Part shown: piece after piece, positions 1-8,867 of the stretch
How positions within the stretch are numbered: position 1 is the first letter of the stretch
Layout of the letters: every line of letters begins with the position of its first letter
Assembly: GCA_965246885.1 (NCBI GenBank)
Contig: CBDFFV010000001.1
Location: 1 to 64,000, forward strand
Source of the DNA: Abditibacterium sp.
GTDB lineage: Bacteria > Armatimonadota > Abditibacteriia > Abditibacteriales > Abditibacteriaceae
Direction of reading: 5' to 3'
DNA: 64,000 nucleotides
Made by a program: the position numbers and the translations under genes
The notes under the pieces: model-generated
Database searches by the model: none
The model's input: the letters and a program-made list of their open reading frames with translations, nothing else
What the model was told of the DNA's origin: nothing

Positions 1-84
1 GGTGCCCGCCCACGCGCGCGTGTCGAGGAGCAGCGCCACCCGGAGCGGGGGGGGAAAGTTCAAGGTTAGGGAAGAAGTCGGCAT
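1..84 (-). CDS. 5' fragment of a probable next gene of the minus-strand polysaccharide operon (truncated by window edge)
   Basis: ATG at 84, 24 bp after the stop of the 109..1524 ORF; open to the window edge (MPTSSLTLNFPPPAPGG...). Confidence 0.35.
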   Translation of the reverse strand, partial: MPTSSLTLNFPPPLRVALLLDTRAWAGT

Positions 85-108
85 GGTGACGGGTTGGGGC
101 GAAGCGCG

Positions 109-1524
109 TTAGTGGCCGCTTCCGCGCAAGCGCTCCAGCAAGGGACGGAGTTCCTCGCGTATTTCTCCGGCCTGCGCGGGCGGAGCGGATTGGAGCGCGG
201 TCTTGACTTGCGAAAGCGCCTCCTGCGCCCCGCGCAGTTCGGCGCGGCTCATCAATGGCCCCTGCGCGAGTTTGCGGCGGCGCGTGGTTTCGATGAGGTG
301 GAGCGAGAGAAGCGCGCGGGCGCGGGTCAGAGTTTGGCCCGCGTTTTCCGGGCGATACCACAGCGCGCCCGTCGCCATCCCCGCCCCCGCCCACGCCATC
401 ATCGTTGGCCCGCGCGCCCAGTAGTGGTCAACCATCCCCTGCGTCAAGCGCGACAACATCAGACCGCCGCCGATACAAAGAAGCGAGAACGCGAACTCGT
501 CGCGCGGCAACCGCGAGCGCGCGTGCCAAAGCGAAGTAAAGTAGGAAACGAACATTCCCACAAACGTCACCAGCCCCACAATTCCCGTCTCGCCCAGCGC
601 CATAATCACGAAGTTGGTCGCATCTATATCTTTGCGCAACCCCATCCCGGCGCCGAACCAGATGTTTTTCCGCCACTCCTTCAGCGTGTTGTCGCTGTTG
701 ATGTAACGCTGCTTGATGTTGCCCCTTTCGGCGCCAAAACCCGTCGCATATTCGCGCGAGTCCTGCGGCAAGACGTTCCACACAACCGCGCTCAAGGGAA
801 TGAGCACGAGCGCCACGCGTCCCAGCAACGCGAACTGGCGGCGGAGCGCCACCACTAACATGATGCCGCTCAACGCCGCGAAGGTTCCCCCGCGCGATAG
901 GGTGAGCAACATCCCGACGCTAATAATGCCTATCATCGGGACGAGGATGGTTTTATGGCGCGTAGGTTTGTCCTGATAATGGAACCACAACTCCGTCGCC
1001 ACGATAAGCGCGCATGCCATCGAGCCACCCATGCCGTTCTTATTCAGGTGAAACGCTTCTTGTCCGGGATGCATCATTTTCACGATGCTGATGACAGTCG
1101 ACACCCCTAATACCCCCCACAGTGCCGGTTTGAGGTCGGACGGACGGCGCCCCATGAGCGCGAAAATGGGCACGACGACGAACAAGAACAGCCCCATCTG
1201 CACGAACGAGGTTGGCGCCGAGCCGGGCCGCCACTGCGTGAGCGCCGACATCACGCACGCGAGCGTGTAAAGCGCCGACGCCCAGAAAAGAGGCCACATG
1301 CGCATCTTGCGCGCCCCCACGAGGAGCATCGCGCCAAACAAGGGGAGCGCCAGCACGAGGCTAATCTCGGCAAAGGAAAAGTGCAGGCCGCCGCCGCCCG
1401 ACAGGTCATTTTGAAAGGGCGCCGTCGCAAAGATGAGCGCCAGCGCCACGCTGGGAAAGCGCCACGACACCATCCAAAACACCCCCGCATACACCAGCGC
1501 CACCAGCAAAAAGACCAAATCCAT
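109..1524 (-). CDS. O-antigen ligase / Wzy_C-family polymerase membrane protein
   Basis: Multi-TM protein with LNKNGMGG, LTLSRGG and FGAGMG motifs typical of the Wzy_C/WaaL family; in a GT/flippase operon. Confidence 0.75.
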   Translation of the reverse strand: MDLVFLLVALVYAGVFWMVSWRFPSVALALIFATAPFQNDLSGGGGLHFSFAEISLVLALPLFGAMLLVGARKMRMWPLFWASALYTLACVMSALTQWRPGSAPTSFVQMGLFLFVVVPIFALMGRRPSDLKPALWGVLGVSTVISIVKMMHPGQEAFHLNKNGMGGSMACALIVATELWFHYQDKPTRHKTILVPMIGIISVGMLLTLSRGGTFAALSGIMLVVALRRQFALLGRVALVLIPLSAVVWNVLPQDSREYATGFGAERGNIKQRYINSDNTLKEWRKNIWFGAGMGLRKDIDATNFVIMALGETGIVGLVTFVGMFVSYFTSLWHARSRLPRDEFAFSLLCIGGGLMLSRLTQGMVDHYWARGPTMMAWAGAGMATGALWYRPENAGQTLTRARALLSLHLIETTRRRKLAQGPLMSRAELRGAQEALSQVKTALQSAPPAQAGEIREELRPLLERLRGSGH

Positions 1525-1536
1525 AATTCAATACCC

Positions 1537-1615
1537 CCCGGACGTCCGTCACCCATTCCCGGACGTCTGTCACCGATTCCCGGACGTCCGTCACCGATTC
1601 CCAGACGTCTGTCAC
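1537..1615. repeat. 21-bp tandem repeat CCCGGACGTC(C/T)GTCACC(C/G)ATT, about 3.7 copies
   Basis: Units at 1537, 1558, 1579 and a partial at 1600; intergenic. Confidence 0.9.
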
Positions 1616-1650
1616 TGCGCGGCGGACATCTGGGGACGGGTGGCAGACGT

Positions 1651-2625
1651 CTATTTGGCGTTCACCTGCGCCCCGCGCCGGAGCAGGCGCCCCATTTGCC
1701 AGCCGAAAAAGCGAAGTTTCGCGCGCGCCACCCGCCGTTTGCGCGGGTGGAGCGCCAGCGCTACAAACGCCGCGCTGCGCGTGAGCGCCGCCACGAACAG
1801 CGCGGCGCGGTACACGGTATTGCCCCGCGCGCCGAAGTGCTTACGCATGAAGCGTTCTTGCCCTTGCCAAAACAGAAGTGAAGTTTTGGGCGCGTCACCG
1901 GCCCCCGACGCGCCGCCCAGATGAGTTACGAGCGCATCCGGGCAAAACGCGACGCGCCAACCGGCATTGAGCATGCGCTTTTGCCAATCCGTTTCCTCGG
2001 CGTAAAGGAAAAAGTCGGGGTCGAAACCGCCTACTTCCTCGAATACCTCGCGCCGCACCAACAGCGCGGCACCGATGACGAAATCCACCGCCCGCGCCTC
2101 GTCGTGCGCCCAACGATAGTAATCGCCCAAGGGAGACGAGGACGGGAACAAGCGCGTCAGCCCCCCGGCTTCAAGCCACGCACGCGCGGGCGAGGGGAAC
2201 TTCCAGCACGAGGCTTGCAGGCTCCCGTCCTCGTTCAATAAGCGCGGCCCGACCGCCCCATACCCCGCGTTTTCCGGCGCGCGCAGAAAAGCGACCAGAG
2301 TCGCCAGCGCACCCGCGTGCACAAACGCATCGGAGTTGAGCAGAAACAGGAACTGCCCCGCCGCCCGATCAAAGGCGCGGTTGTTCGCGGGGCCAAAGCC
2401 CTCGTTAATGGCCGACTCGATGAGATGCACTTTGGGAAACTCCGCGCGAATGGCGGCGGCGCTGCCGTCGTGCGAAGCGTTATCCACCACGAATGTCTCG
2501 ACGCTTTCGCCCCACGCCCGCACGTCCGTTTCCAACGTGCGCAAGCAACGCAGCGTCGTGTCGCGCGTGTTGAATGACACGATGACGACCGAGACGAGAG
2601 GGTGAGCAAGAGACGTTGGCGTCAT
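1651..2625 (-). CDS. GT2 family glycosyltransferase (WbbL/rhamnosyltransferase-like)
   Basis: VSVVIVSFNT, VVDNASHDGS, LLNSDA and FFLYAEETDW motifs; start may be 2625 or 2673. Confidence 0.9.
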   Translation of the reverse strand: MTPTSLAHPLVSVVIVSFNTRDTTLRCLRTLETDVRAWGESVETFVVDNASHDGSAAAIRAEFPKVHLIESAINEGFGPANNRAFDRAAGQFLFLLNSDAFVHAGALATLVAFLRAPENAGYGAVGPRLLNEDGSLQASCWKFPSPARAWLEAGGLTRLFPSSSPLGDYYRWAHDEARAVDFVIGAALLVRREVFEEVGGFDPDFFLYAEETDWQKRMLNAGWRVAFCPDALVTHLGGASGAGDAPKTSLLFWQGQERFMRKHFGARGNTVYRAALFVAALTRSAAFVALALHPRKRRVARAKLRFFGWQMGRLLRRGAQVNAK

Positions 2626-2737
2626 AGGGGCGTTGGGTTCTTTGGGACTCGCGGAAAGGACGACCGGGGGCACTGGTTTCTCAGTGTGCCACCCACAAGT
2701 TTCCGCGATGTTAAGCGGCCTTCAAGAAAAGCGCGGC

Positions 2738-4033
2738 TCATCCCGCTTCCTTCGCACGGGGCGCGGGCGGCTCGATGAGGGCGGCATCGGCAAAGGCGGC
2801 GAGCAAATCGTCGGCGCGCGAGCGCCACGAGTGGCCGCGCGCTTCGCGCATGCGGGCGTCGCGCTCGCACGTGACGGTGGAAACGATCCCGGCGCAAGCG
2901 TTGACTTCTTGCAGTGCGGCACGGCACGCCTCGACAAAGGCGGGCGCATCGCCCGCCAAGCGCACCAGTTTGGAGAAGTCGCGGAACCCGGCGACATCGG
3001 CGGAAACGATGGGCTTGCCCGCCGCCAGAAACTCCCACAACTTGATGGGGTTGAGGCTTTCGACGAAGCCAGAGCGTGCGTGCGGCACGATGCATACGTC
3101 GAACCCGGCCATGATACGCGGAATGTCGGAGTACGGGACGGCACCGGGCGCGTGAACGTTGGGAAAGTCGCGCAGTTCGCGCGCGAGGGCATCGCCCCGG
3201 AAGTAGTTGGGGCCGATAAGCATCACGCTGCCAGAGGGAAAAGCGCGCGCCAAGGCCCGCACGAGGTCAAGGTCGTTCCGTTCGGGGTGCAGCGAGCCGG
3301 TGTAGCCGAACACCGGACGGGGCCACAAGGCGATGTCGAAGGGGCCGCCCGACGCCGGGGCAGGGGCGGTGGGATCGAGCGGGCAAAAGGTGCCGTTTTG
3401 GTCGAAGAATCCGCGCGGGCGGGTGTCGAGTTGCTCCAAGTCGGCGTAGTGGGCGGCGTCCACACCGTTGGGCAACAACAGGCTGCGGCGGGCGAGGGGG
3501 CGGCGCGAGTCATAGAGGGCTTGCGAGCACACGACGGTGAGGTCGGCGCGGCGGCACATGGCGCGGTCGAGGTCGCGGATGCGGTCGCGCTCTGGGCCTG
3601 CGGGCGCGGCCAACTCCCAGTCGTCGGTGATGTCGTAGACCACGCCGCGCTCCCCCAGATGGCCGACCACGAAGCCGAAGTCGTAGGGGTTGAGCCACAG
3701 AAGCGGGTCGCGTAGCCCGCACACGTGGGCGGCGCGCTTGACTTGTTGGAGAATGGAGAACTCGTTCCACGCCCGCCCGCCGGGAAAGGGGTTGGGAAGT
3801 GCTTTCAGTGGCGCAAAAGCGCGCACGTTGGGGAACCCCTCGACGTGCCGGAAGCGCCGCGAAAACGTGCCGACGCGCTGGCGGTTGCGCCACACGTTGG
3901 GCGCAAACAGCAAACGCTCGACAAACAGGAGCCGCATATCCGGGAAGCGCGTGGCGAGTTGAGCGCACAAAAATTGGTTGCGCCGCCAGATGGCGTCCCA
4001 AGGCTCTAAAGAAACGAAGATTAAATCGCGCAT
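2738..4033 (-). CDS. GT-B glycosyltransferase (TuaH-like, GT4)
   Basis: LEPWDAIWRRNQ, VVYDITDDW and NPIKLWEFLAAGKPIVS motifs. Confidence 0.85.
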   Translation of the reverse strand: MRDLIFVSLEPWDAIWRRNQFLCAQLATRFPDMRLLFVERLLFAPNVWRNRQRVGTFSRRFRHVEGFPNVRAFAPLKALPNPFPGGRAWNEFSILQQVKRAAHVCGLRDPLLWLNPYDFGFVVGHLGERGVVYDITDDWELAAPAGPERDRIRDLDRAMCRRADLTVVCSQALYDSRRPLARRSLLLPNGVDAAHYADLEQLDTRPRGFFDQNGTFCPLDPTAPAPASGGPFDIALWPRPVFGYTGSLHPERNDLDLVRALARAFPSGSVMLIGPNYFRGDALARELRDFPNVHAPGAVPYSDIPRIMAGFDVCIVPHARSGFVESLNPIKLWEFLAAGKPIVSADVAGFRDFSKLVRLAGDAPAFVEACRAALQEVNACAGIVSTVTCERDARMREARGHSWRSRADDLLAAFADAALIEPPAPRAKEAG

Positions 4034-4159
4034 TCAAGAATTCCCAACCGGTCAAACGCCCCAGCTGGGGCGAAGCTGGAACTCCTTTGGTTCCGGCGCA
4101 GAGTGTGCGATAACGGCGCGCAATCGGAGCTTCCCAACGGGGCAAAAGCAGAGTAAGAG

Positions 4160-5425
4160 TTAAATTTTGACGGGAAGCCGCTCCGTCTTGTCCGTTGCTT
4201 TCGCCGCGTCATACACCCGGTTTAGCTGCGGCCAGACGGCTTCGCAGGAGAAAGTGCGCTCGAAGTGTGCCCGCGCGCCCGCGCGAAAGCGCGCGTTCTC
4301 GTCGGGATTTAGGAGGCGCAGGATGTTTCGCGCGAGGGCAGAAGAGTCCTTGCCGGAGCAAATCAGCCCTGCCGGAGGCTCGCCCGCCGCGACGGACGCG
4401 GCGTCCAAACCCAGCGTGACGTCCATGTCGCGGTGATCGTTGCCCACGACCGGCACGCCGCGCGCCATCGCTTCCATGAGGGTATAACACGGCAAATAAT
4501 CGTAGGTGGTGGGATACGTGAAGACGTCGAGCGAGGGCATGATGTCGTTCAACAGTTGCTCGCGCGGGAGAAAGGGAATCCAGGTGACGTTTTTCGCCCT
4601 GAGCGCGTGGGCGCCCGGTGGCGGCGTGTTACCGACGATCCAAAGCTGGGCGTCGGGGCGCGCGCGGAGAACGGCGTCCCACGCGCGCAAAACGAGCGGG
4701 CCGCCTTTTTGGACGAATTCGCGCGCCACAAACCCGACGCGGCACGGCCTGACGGCGCGCTTGGACACATCGAGTGTGGGTGTGGGCAGATGAAAGGGGA
4801 TGTACTCTATTTTGTCGGCGGGCAAAATACCCTGCGCGCGGAATTCGTCGCGCCCACTGAGGGTAAAGGTATACATCCGTGCGGCTTGGGGCAAGTGCTG
4901 GCTCGTAGCGTTGACGCCCAAGACGCGCGCGAGGGCGCGGTCGAGACTTTCCAAGCGTTTAACGCGGGTGGGAGAGAAATGGCGGGCGTCGAGATACAAA
5001 TGGCGCAAGCGCCCACCCAGTGACACCACGAGCGGGCAATCGAGGTTCTCGAAGCGCGCCGAGAAGATGTGCGCGTGCACCAAGTCGTACTCGCCCGCCT
5101 TAACCTCGAACCACAAGAACGGCTCCCAAAATAAGCGTTGCCGCAAGCGCAAGGCGGCGATGGTCTTGCTTACCGCCGTGAGCGAGGCTTCGCGCGTCAG
5201 CAGCGACAGCGCCTCGCCAAGGGCCAGCGCGCGCGCGCGCTGCACGCCCTCCCGGAGTGCGCGGCCCGTACCGCGCTCTCGCAAGGCGCCGCGTTCCAAG
5301 GCGAGGTCGTAGGTCTCGTAGCGCACGCCGGGAGGCGGGTTATCGCGCAGAACATAGGTATACGTGCGGTCGCCACCCGCCGCGTCCCGCCCCTCGACGG
5401 GCGATAACAAAAGCACGTTTTTCAT
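4160..5425 (-). CDS. GT4 family glycosyltransferase
   Basis: Probable start MKNVLLLS at 5425, overlapping the flippase stop (ATGA); FVQKGG and LMEAMARGVPVV motifs. Confidence 0.8.
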   Translation of the reverse strand: MKNVLLLSPVEGRDAAGGDRTYTYVLRDNPPPGVRYETYDLALERGALRERGTGRALREGVQRARALALGEALSLLTREASLTAVSKTIAALRLRQRLFWEPFLWFEVKAGEYDLVHAHIFSARFENLDCPLVVSLGGRLRHLYLDARHFSPTRVKRLESLDRALARVLGVNATSQHLPQAARMYTFTLSGRDEFRAQGILPADKIEYIPFHLPTPTLDVSKRAVRPCRVGFVAREFVQKGGPLVLRAWDAVLRARPDAQLWIVGNTPPPGAHALRAKNVTWIPFLPREQLLNDIMPSLDVFTYPTTYDYLPCYTLMEAMARGVPVVGNDHRDMDVTLGLDAASVAAGEPPAGLICSGKDSSALARNILRLLNPDENARFRAGARAHFERTFSCEAVWPQLNRVYDAAKATDKTERLPVKI

Positions 5426-7140
5426 GGTGGGGGAGAAGACGCGCGCTTCCCCCTCGCGGCAAGTTTGACAAAGAGCGACTCGATTTCGCGCCGCGCGAGG
5501 GGATGCTCCAAAGCGAAGCCGACAATGCAAAGCACCGCCACAAGCGGTGCGCCCACCAGCAGTTGCGCCCAAGCCGTCCAAAGCGATGGCGCGCGCGCGT
5601 CGAACACGGCGGTCAAACCGCTGGCCAGCCCATGCCAAGGCAACGCCCCCAAAAAGCACGCGAGGGCGCCAACGCCCAGCGCCGACAGAAGCAAAAACGG
5701 CAAGCGCTTCAGCGCATCCGGCGCCAACTCGTGCGCCCACTTCCAGCGCCATATGGACGCGCCCGCCCACGCGATGATGCCCGTTAGCGCCGCCCCCGGC
5801 GCGCCAAAGTGTCGCGTGAGGGGAATCAAAATCGTCAAAAACAACAGCGCGTCCCACACCTTGCCCTTGGACTCGAACTCCGGTCGGTTGAGGCCCACAA
5901 AAAACGTCGAGAACAACGACAGCAGCCCCGCGAAAAACCCCGCCACGAGCAACAGGCGCATCGAAACGGCGGCTTCGCTCCACTTCGTGCCATAAAACAC
6001 CCGCAACACGGCGGGGGTAAACGCCACCAAGGGCGCGAGCAGGACGGTAAGGCCAAGAGTGCCCATCGTGAAGACGCGCTCGACGAGCGCCCGCAGGCGG
6101 GCGGGGTCGTTCTCGCGCCCCGCAGAAGCAAACGCCGGAAACAAGACGGTATTGACGGCGTTGTTCACAAGGGTGCGCGAAAGAGTGCAAAACGAATAAG
6201 CCACGACGTATAACCCCAGCACTTCCTTGCCCAAAAAGTAGCCGACGGCCACGTTGTCCATCATCGTCAGCGCGTAGTTCGACAGGCCAATGACGAACTG
6301 ATGCTTGCCGAAGTCGAACGCGCGCCGCGCGAGGGAACGGTCAAGCCCCAAGCGAGGGCGATACGACGAATACACGAACGACAGGGCCGTGTCCGCGAAG
6401 GCGCCCAGCACTTGCCCCCACACAAGCGCCCAGTAGTTGCGCGTGCACACTGCCAGCACAAGGGTGGCAAGCACAGCCAAGGTGTTCGACCAGAAGCCCT
6501 GCAACGTCAGCGACTTCATGTCCATGCGCCGCTGGTCGATATATAACCCCACGTTTTGCAATGAGGTGCAAATGGGCGTGAGAGATAGCGCCACCAGCAT
6601 CGGCGTAAGGCGCGGCTCGTGGTAAAAGAACCGCGCAAATAGCCCCGATGTTAGTAGTAGCACGAAAGAGATGACCGCACCGCGCGCCACTTCCAGCGTC
6701 CACACGAGGTTGACGTAGCGGTGCAGTTCGTCGTCATCGTCAAAGCGCGAAGACACCACCGACGCGATGACGCCCGTATTGGTGAGGGTGTACAGCGCGC
6801 CAATCACCGTGAGTGCCATCGCCGCCAAGCCGAAGTCCGCCACCGAAAGCAAGCGCGCGAGCGCAACGGTGCGCACCACACTCAGCGCCTGCGTCCATAG
6901 CGTCCCGGCCAACGTCCACGACACGCCCTTGGCCACGCGCGCGCCCAACGCCCCCTCGCGTTTGGGCGGGGCCGACTCGCTGGGCGGGGCCAAAGCGCTG
7001 GGCGGGGCCGACTCGCTCCCGGATGCGGGCGCAAGTTCTGCAACGGCCTCCAATGGAATTGGCACCCCCACTTCGGCGCGGGTTGGCGGCTCCGGCTTTG
7101 AAAAGGGGAGTTTTCTCAAATTCTGGGAAGGCCCTTCCAT
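5422..7140 (-). CDS. wzx: Wzx/WzxC (PST family) polysaccharide flippase
   Basis: LARLLSVADFGL, AFDFGK and LGLYVVAY motifs; many TM segments; start uncertain (7140 or 7191). Confidence 0.85.
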   Translation of the reverse strand: MEGPSQNLRKLPFSKPEPPTRAEVGVPIPLEAVAELAPASGSESAPPSALAPPSESAPPKREGALGARVAKGVSWTLAGTLWTQALSVVRTVALARLLSVADFGLAAMALTVIGALYTLTNTGVIASVVSSRFDDDDELHRYVNLVWTLEVARGAVISFVLLLTSGLFARFFYHEPRLTPMLVALSLTPICTSLQNVGLYIDQRRMDMKSLTLQGFWSNTLAVLATLVLAVCTRNYWALVWGQVLGAFADTALSFVYSSYRPRLGLDRSLARRAFDFGKHQFVIGLSNYALTMMDNVAVGYFLGKEVLGLYVVAYSFCTLSRTLVNNAVNTVLFPAFASAGRENDPARLRALVERVFTMGTLGLTVLLAPLVAFTPAVLRVFYGTKWSEAAVSMRLLLVAGFFAGLLSLFSTFFVGLNRPEFESKGKVWDALLFLTILIPLTRHFGAPGAALTGIIAWAGASIWRWKWAHELAPDALKRLPFLLLSALGVGALACFLGALPWHGLASGLTAVFDARAPSLWTAWAQLLVGAPLVAVLCIVGFALEHPLARREIESLFVKLAARGKRASSPPP

Positions 7141-7427
7141 AAAGATGGCGGCGACGGTTTTGCCAAAACGATGCTCAAAGTGATACCACAAGCGCCCCTC
7201 TCTTTAGTTGCACGCGTGTGGCGCCACATTGGAGGCGCCTGCGTTGGAAGAGGCGGCGAGACCTCCCGTTTCGGCGCCGTCCGAACGTGAATTCCCGACA
7301 AGAACGGTGGATGGGGCGCCCTTTCGAGAACGCGCGAAAAGGGTAGTCGCCCCCGCAGAACGCTTTTGCCGCAAACTGGGCGAATCCCGACCGCGCGCTC
7401 AAAGCGCGCGATGGGCGGGACTGGACT

Positions 7428-8741
7428 ATGAATTTATCGGCTCCACTTCCGATTACCGTCTTATTCTTTGACCACACCGCCCGCATGGGCGGGGGCGAGG
7501 TGTCGCTGTTTAACCTCGTGACGCACCTTGACCGCGCGCGCATTGATCCGGTTGTGGTGTTGGCCAGCGAAGGCGAACTGCGCGACAAACTGCGCGAGGC
7601 GGGCGTGGAAGTCCACGTCCTGCCGCTCGACGAAGCGGTGACGGAAGTCCGCAAAGATTCCCTCTCGTCGGCGCGCGCGGTCTCTTTGACTCAAGCCGTG
7701 CAAATCGCGCGTTACGTGTGGCGCCTGAGCGGTTTCATCCGCGCGCGCGGCGCGCAAATCATCCATGCCAACTCGCTCAAAGCGGACTTAATCGCCGCCC
7801 TTGCGGGGCGCTTGAGCGGCGTTCCGGTCATTTGGCACGTGCGCGACCGCATCGCCGACGACTACCTGCCCGCCCTCGCCACGCGCGCTTTTCGCTTCTT
7901 GTGCCGCTTCTTGCCCACTTTTGTCATCGTCAACTCGCACGCGACCTTGGCAACGCTGGAATTGCCCCGTGCGCGGCGCGCGCGCGTCATTTATAACGGC
8001 GTGGTGCACGACGGCCTACCGCCCGGAGAATTTCAAGAAGCGATGATGGCCCGAAGCGGCGCGCCCAACGGCGCGCCCAATAAAGCGCCCGTCATCGGTT
8101 TAGTGGGACGGATTTCTCCTTGGAAAGGGCAAGACATCTTTTTGCGTGCGGCGGCGGAAGTGGTAAAGCAGTTTCCGGGCGCACGCTTTCAAATCATCGG
8201 TGCCCCCCTGTTTGGCGAAGAAGCGTATGAGCACGAGGTGCGCGCCCTGTGCACGGAGTTGGGTTTGGATGACAGCGTCGAATGGCTGGGCTTTCGGCGC
8301 GATGTGCCCCAACTGGTGTCGGGGCTGGACTTGCTCGTGCACGCTTCCAAAACCGGCGAGCCGTTTGGCCAAGTCGTGGTCGAAGCGATGATGGCGGCCA
8401 AACCCGTGGTGGCAACCAATGGCGGCGGCATCCCGGAAATTGTCCTCGACGGCGACACGGGTTTGCTCGTGCCAATGGACGACGCCCCCGCAATGGCGCG
8501 CGCCATCGAATACATCCTGAGCGACCCGGCGATGGCCCGCCAGATGGGGGAACGCGGCATCGTGCGCGCGCGGGAATACTTCTCCATCACCCGCACGAGT
8601 AGCAAAATCGCGCGCGTCTACGACCACCTGCTCTTGCAAGAAGCGGAGAAAAAGCGCCGGATACGGGCCCTCGCATGGGTGGCGATGGGCTTTGCGGTGG
8701 CCAGTCTCGTGCTTTCCAAGAGCCAGCGCGACGCAAAATAA
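7428..8741 (+). CDS. GT4 family glycosyltransferase with C-terminal hydrophobic anchor
   Basis: MGGGEVSL, GRISPWKGQ and EPFGQVVVEAM motifs; ends in ALAWVAMGFAVASLVL. Confidence 0.9.
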   Translation: MNLSAPLPITVLFFDHTARMGGGEVSLFNLVTHLDRARIDPVVVLASEGELRDKLREAGVEVHVLPLDEAVTEVRKDSLSSARAVSLTQAVQIARYVWRLSGFIRARGAQIIHANSLKADLIAALAGRLSGVPVIWHVRDRIADDYLPALATRAFRFLCRFLPTFVIVNSHATLATLELPRARRARVIYNGVVHDGLPPGEFQEAMMARSGAPNGAPNKAPVIGLVGRISPWKGQDIFLRAAAEVVKQFPGARFQIIGAPLFGEEAYEHEVRALCTELGLDDSVEWLGFRRDVPQLVSGLDLLVHASKTGEPFGQVVVEAMMAAKPVVATNGGGIPEIVLDGDTGLLVPMDDAPAMARAIEYILSDPAMARQMGERGIVRAREYFSITRTSSKIARVYDHLLLQEAEKKRRIRALAWVAMGFAVASLVLSKSQRDAK

Positions 8742-8867
8742 ACGTGGGCGCGTCCGAGCGCGCCCGCTTTATTTGCCCCCAATGCCCCACTTTAACGACG
8801 GTTCTTACCCCTCGAAACGCATTGGAAAAGAAGGAAGGCCCAAGAGTTGGCAAACTGTTTCCCAACG

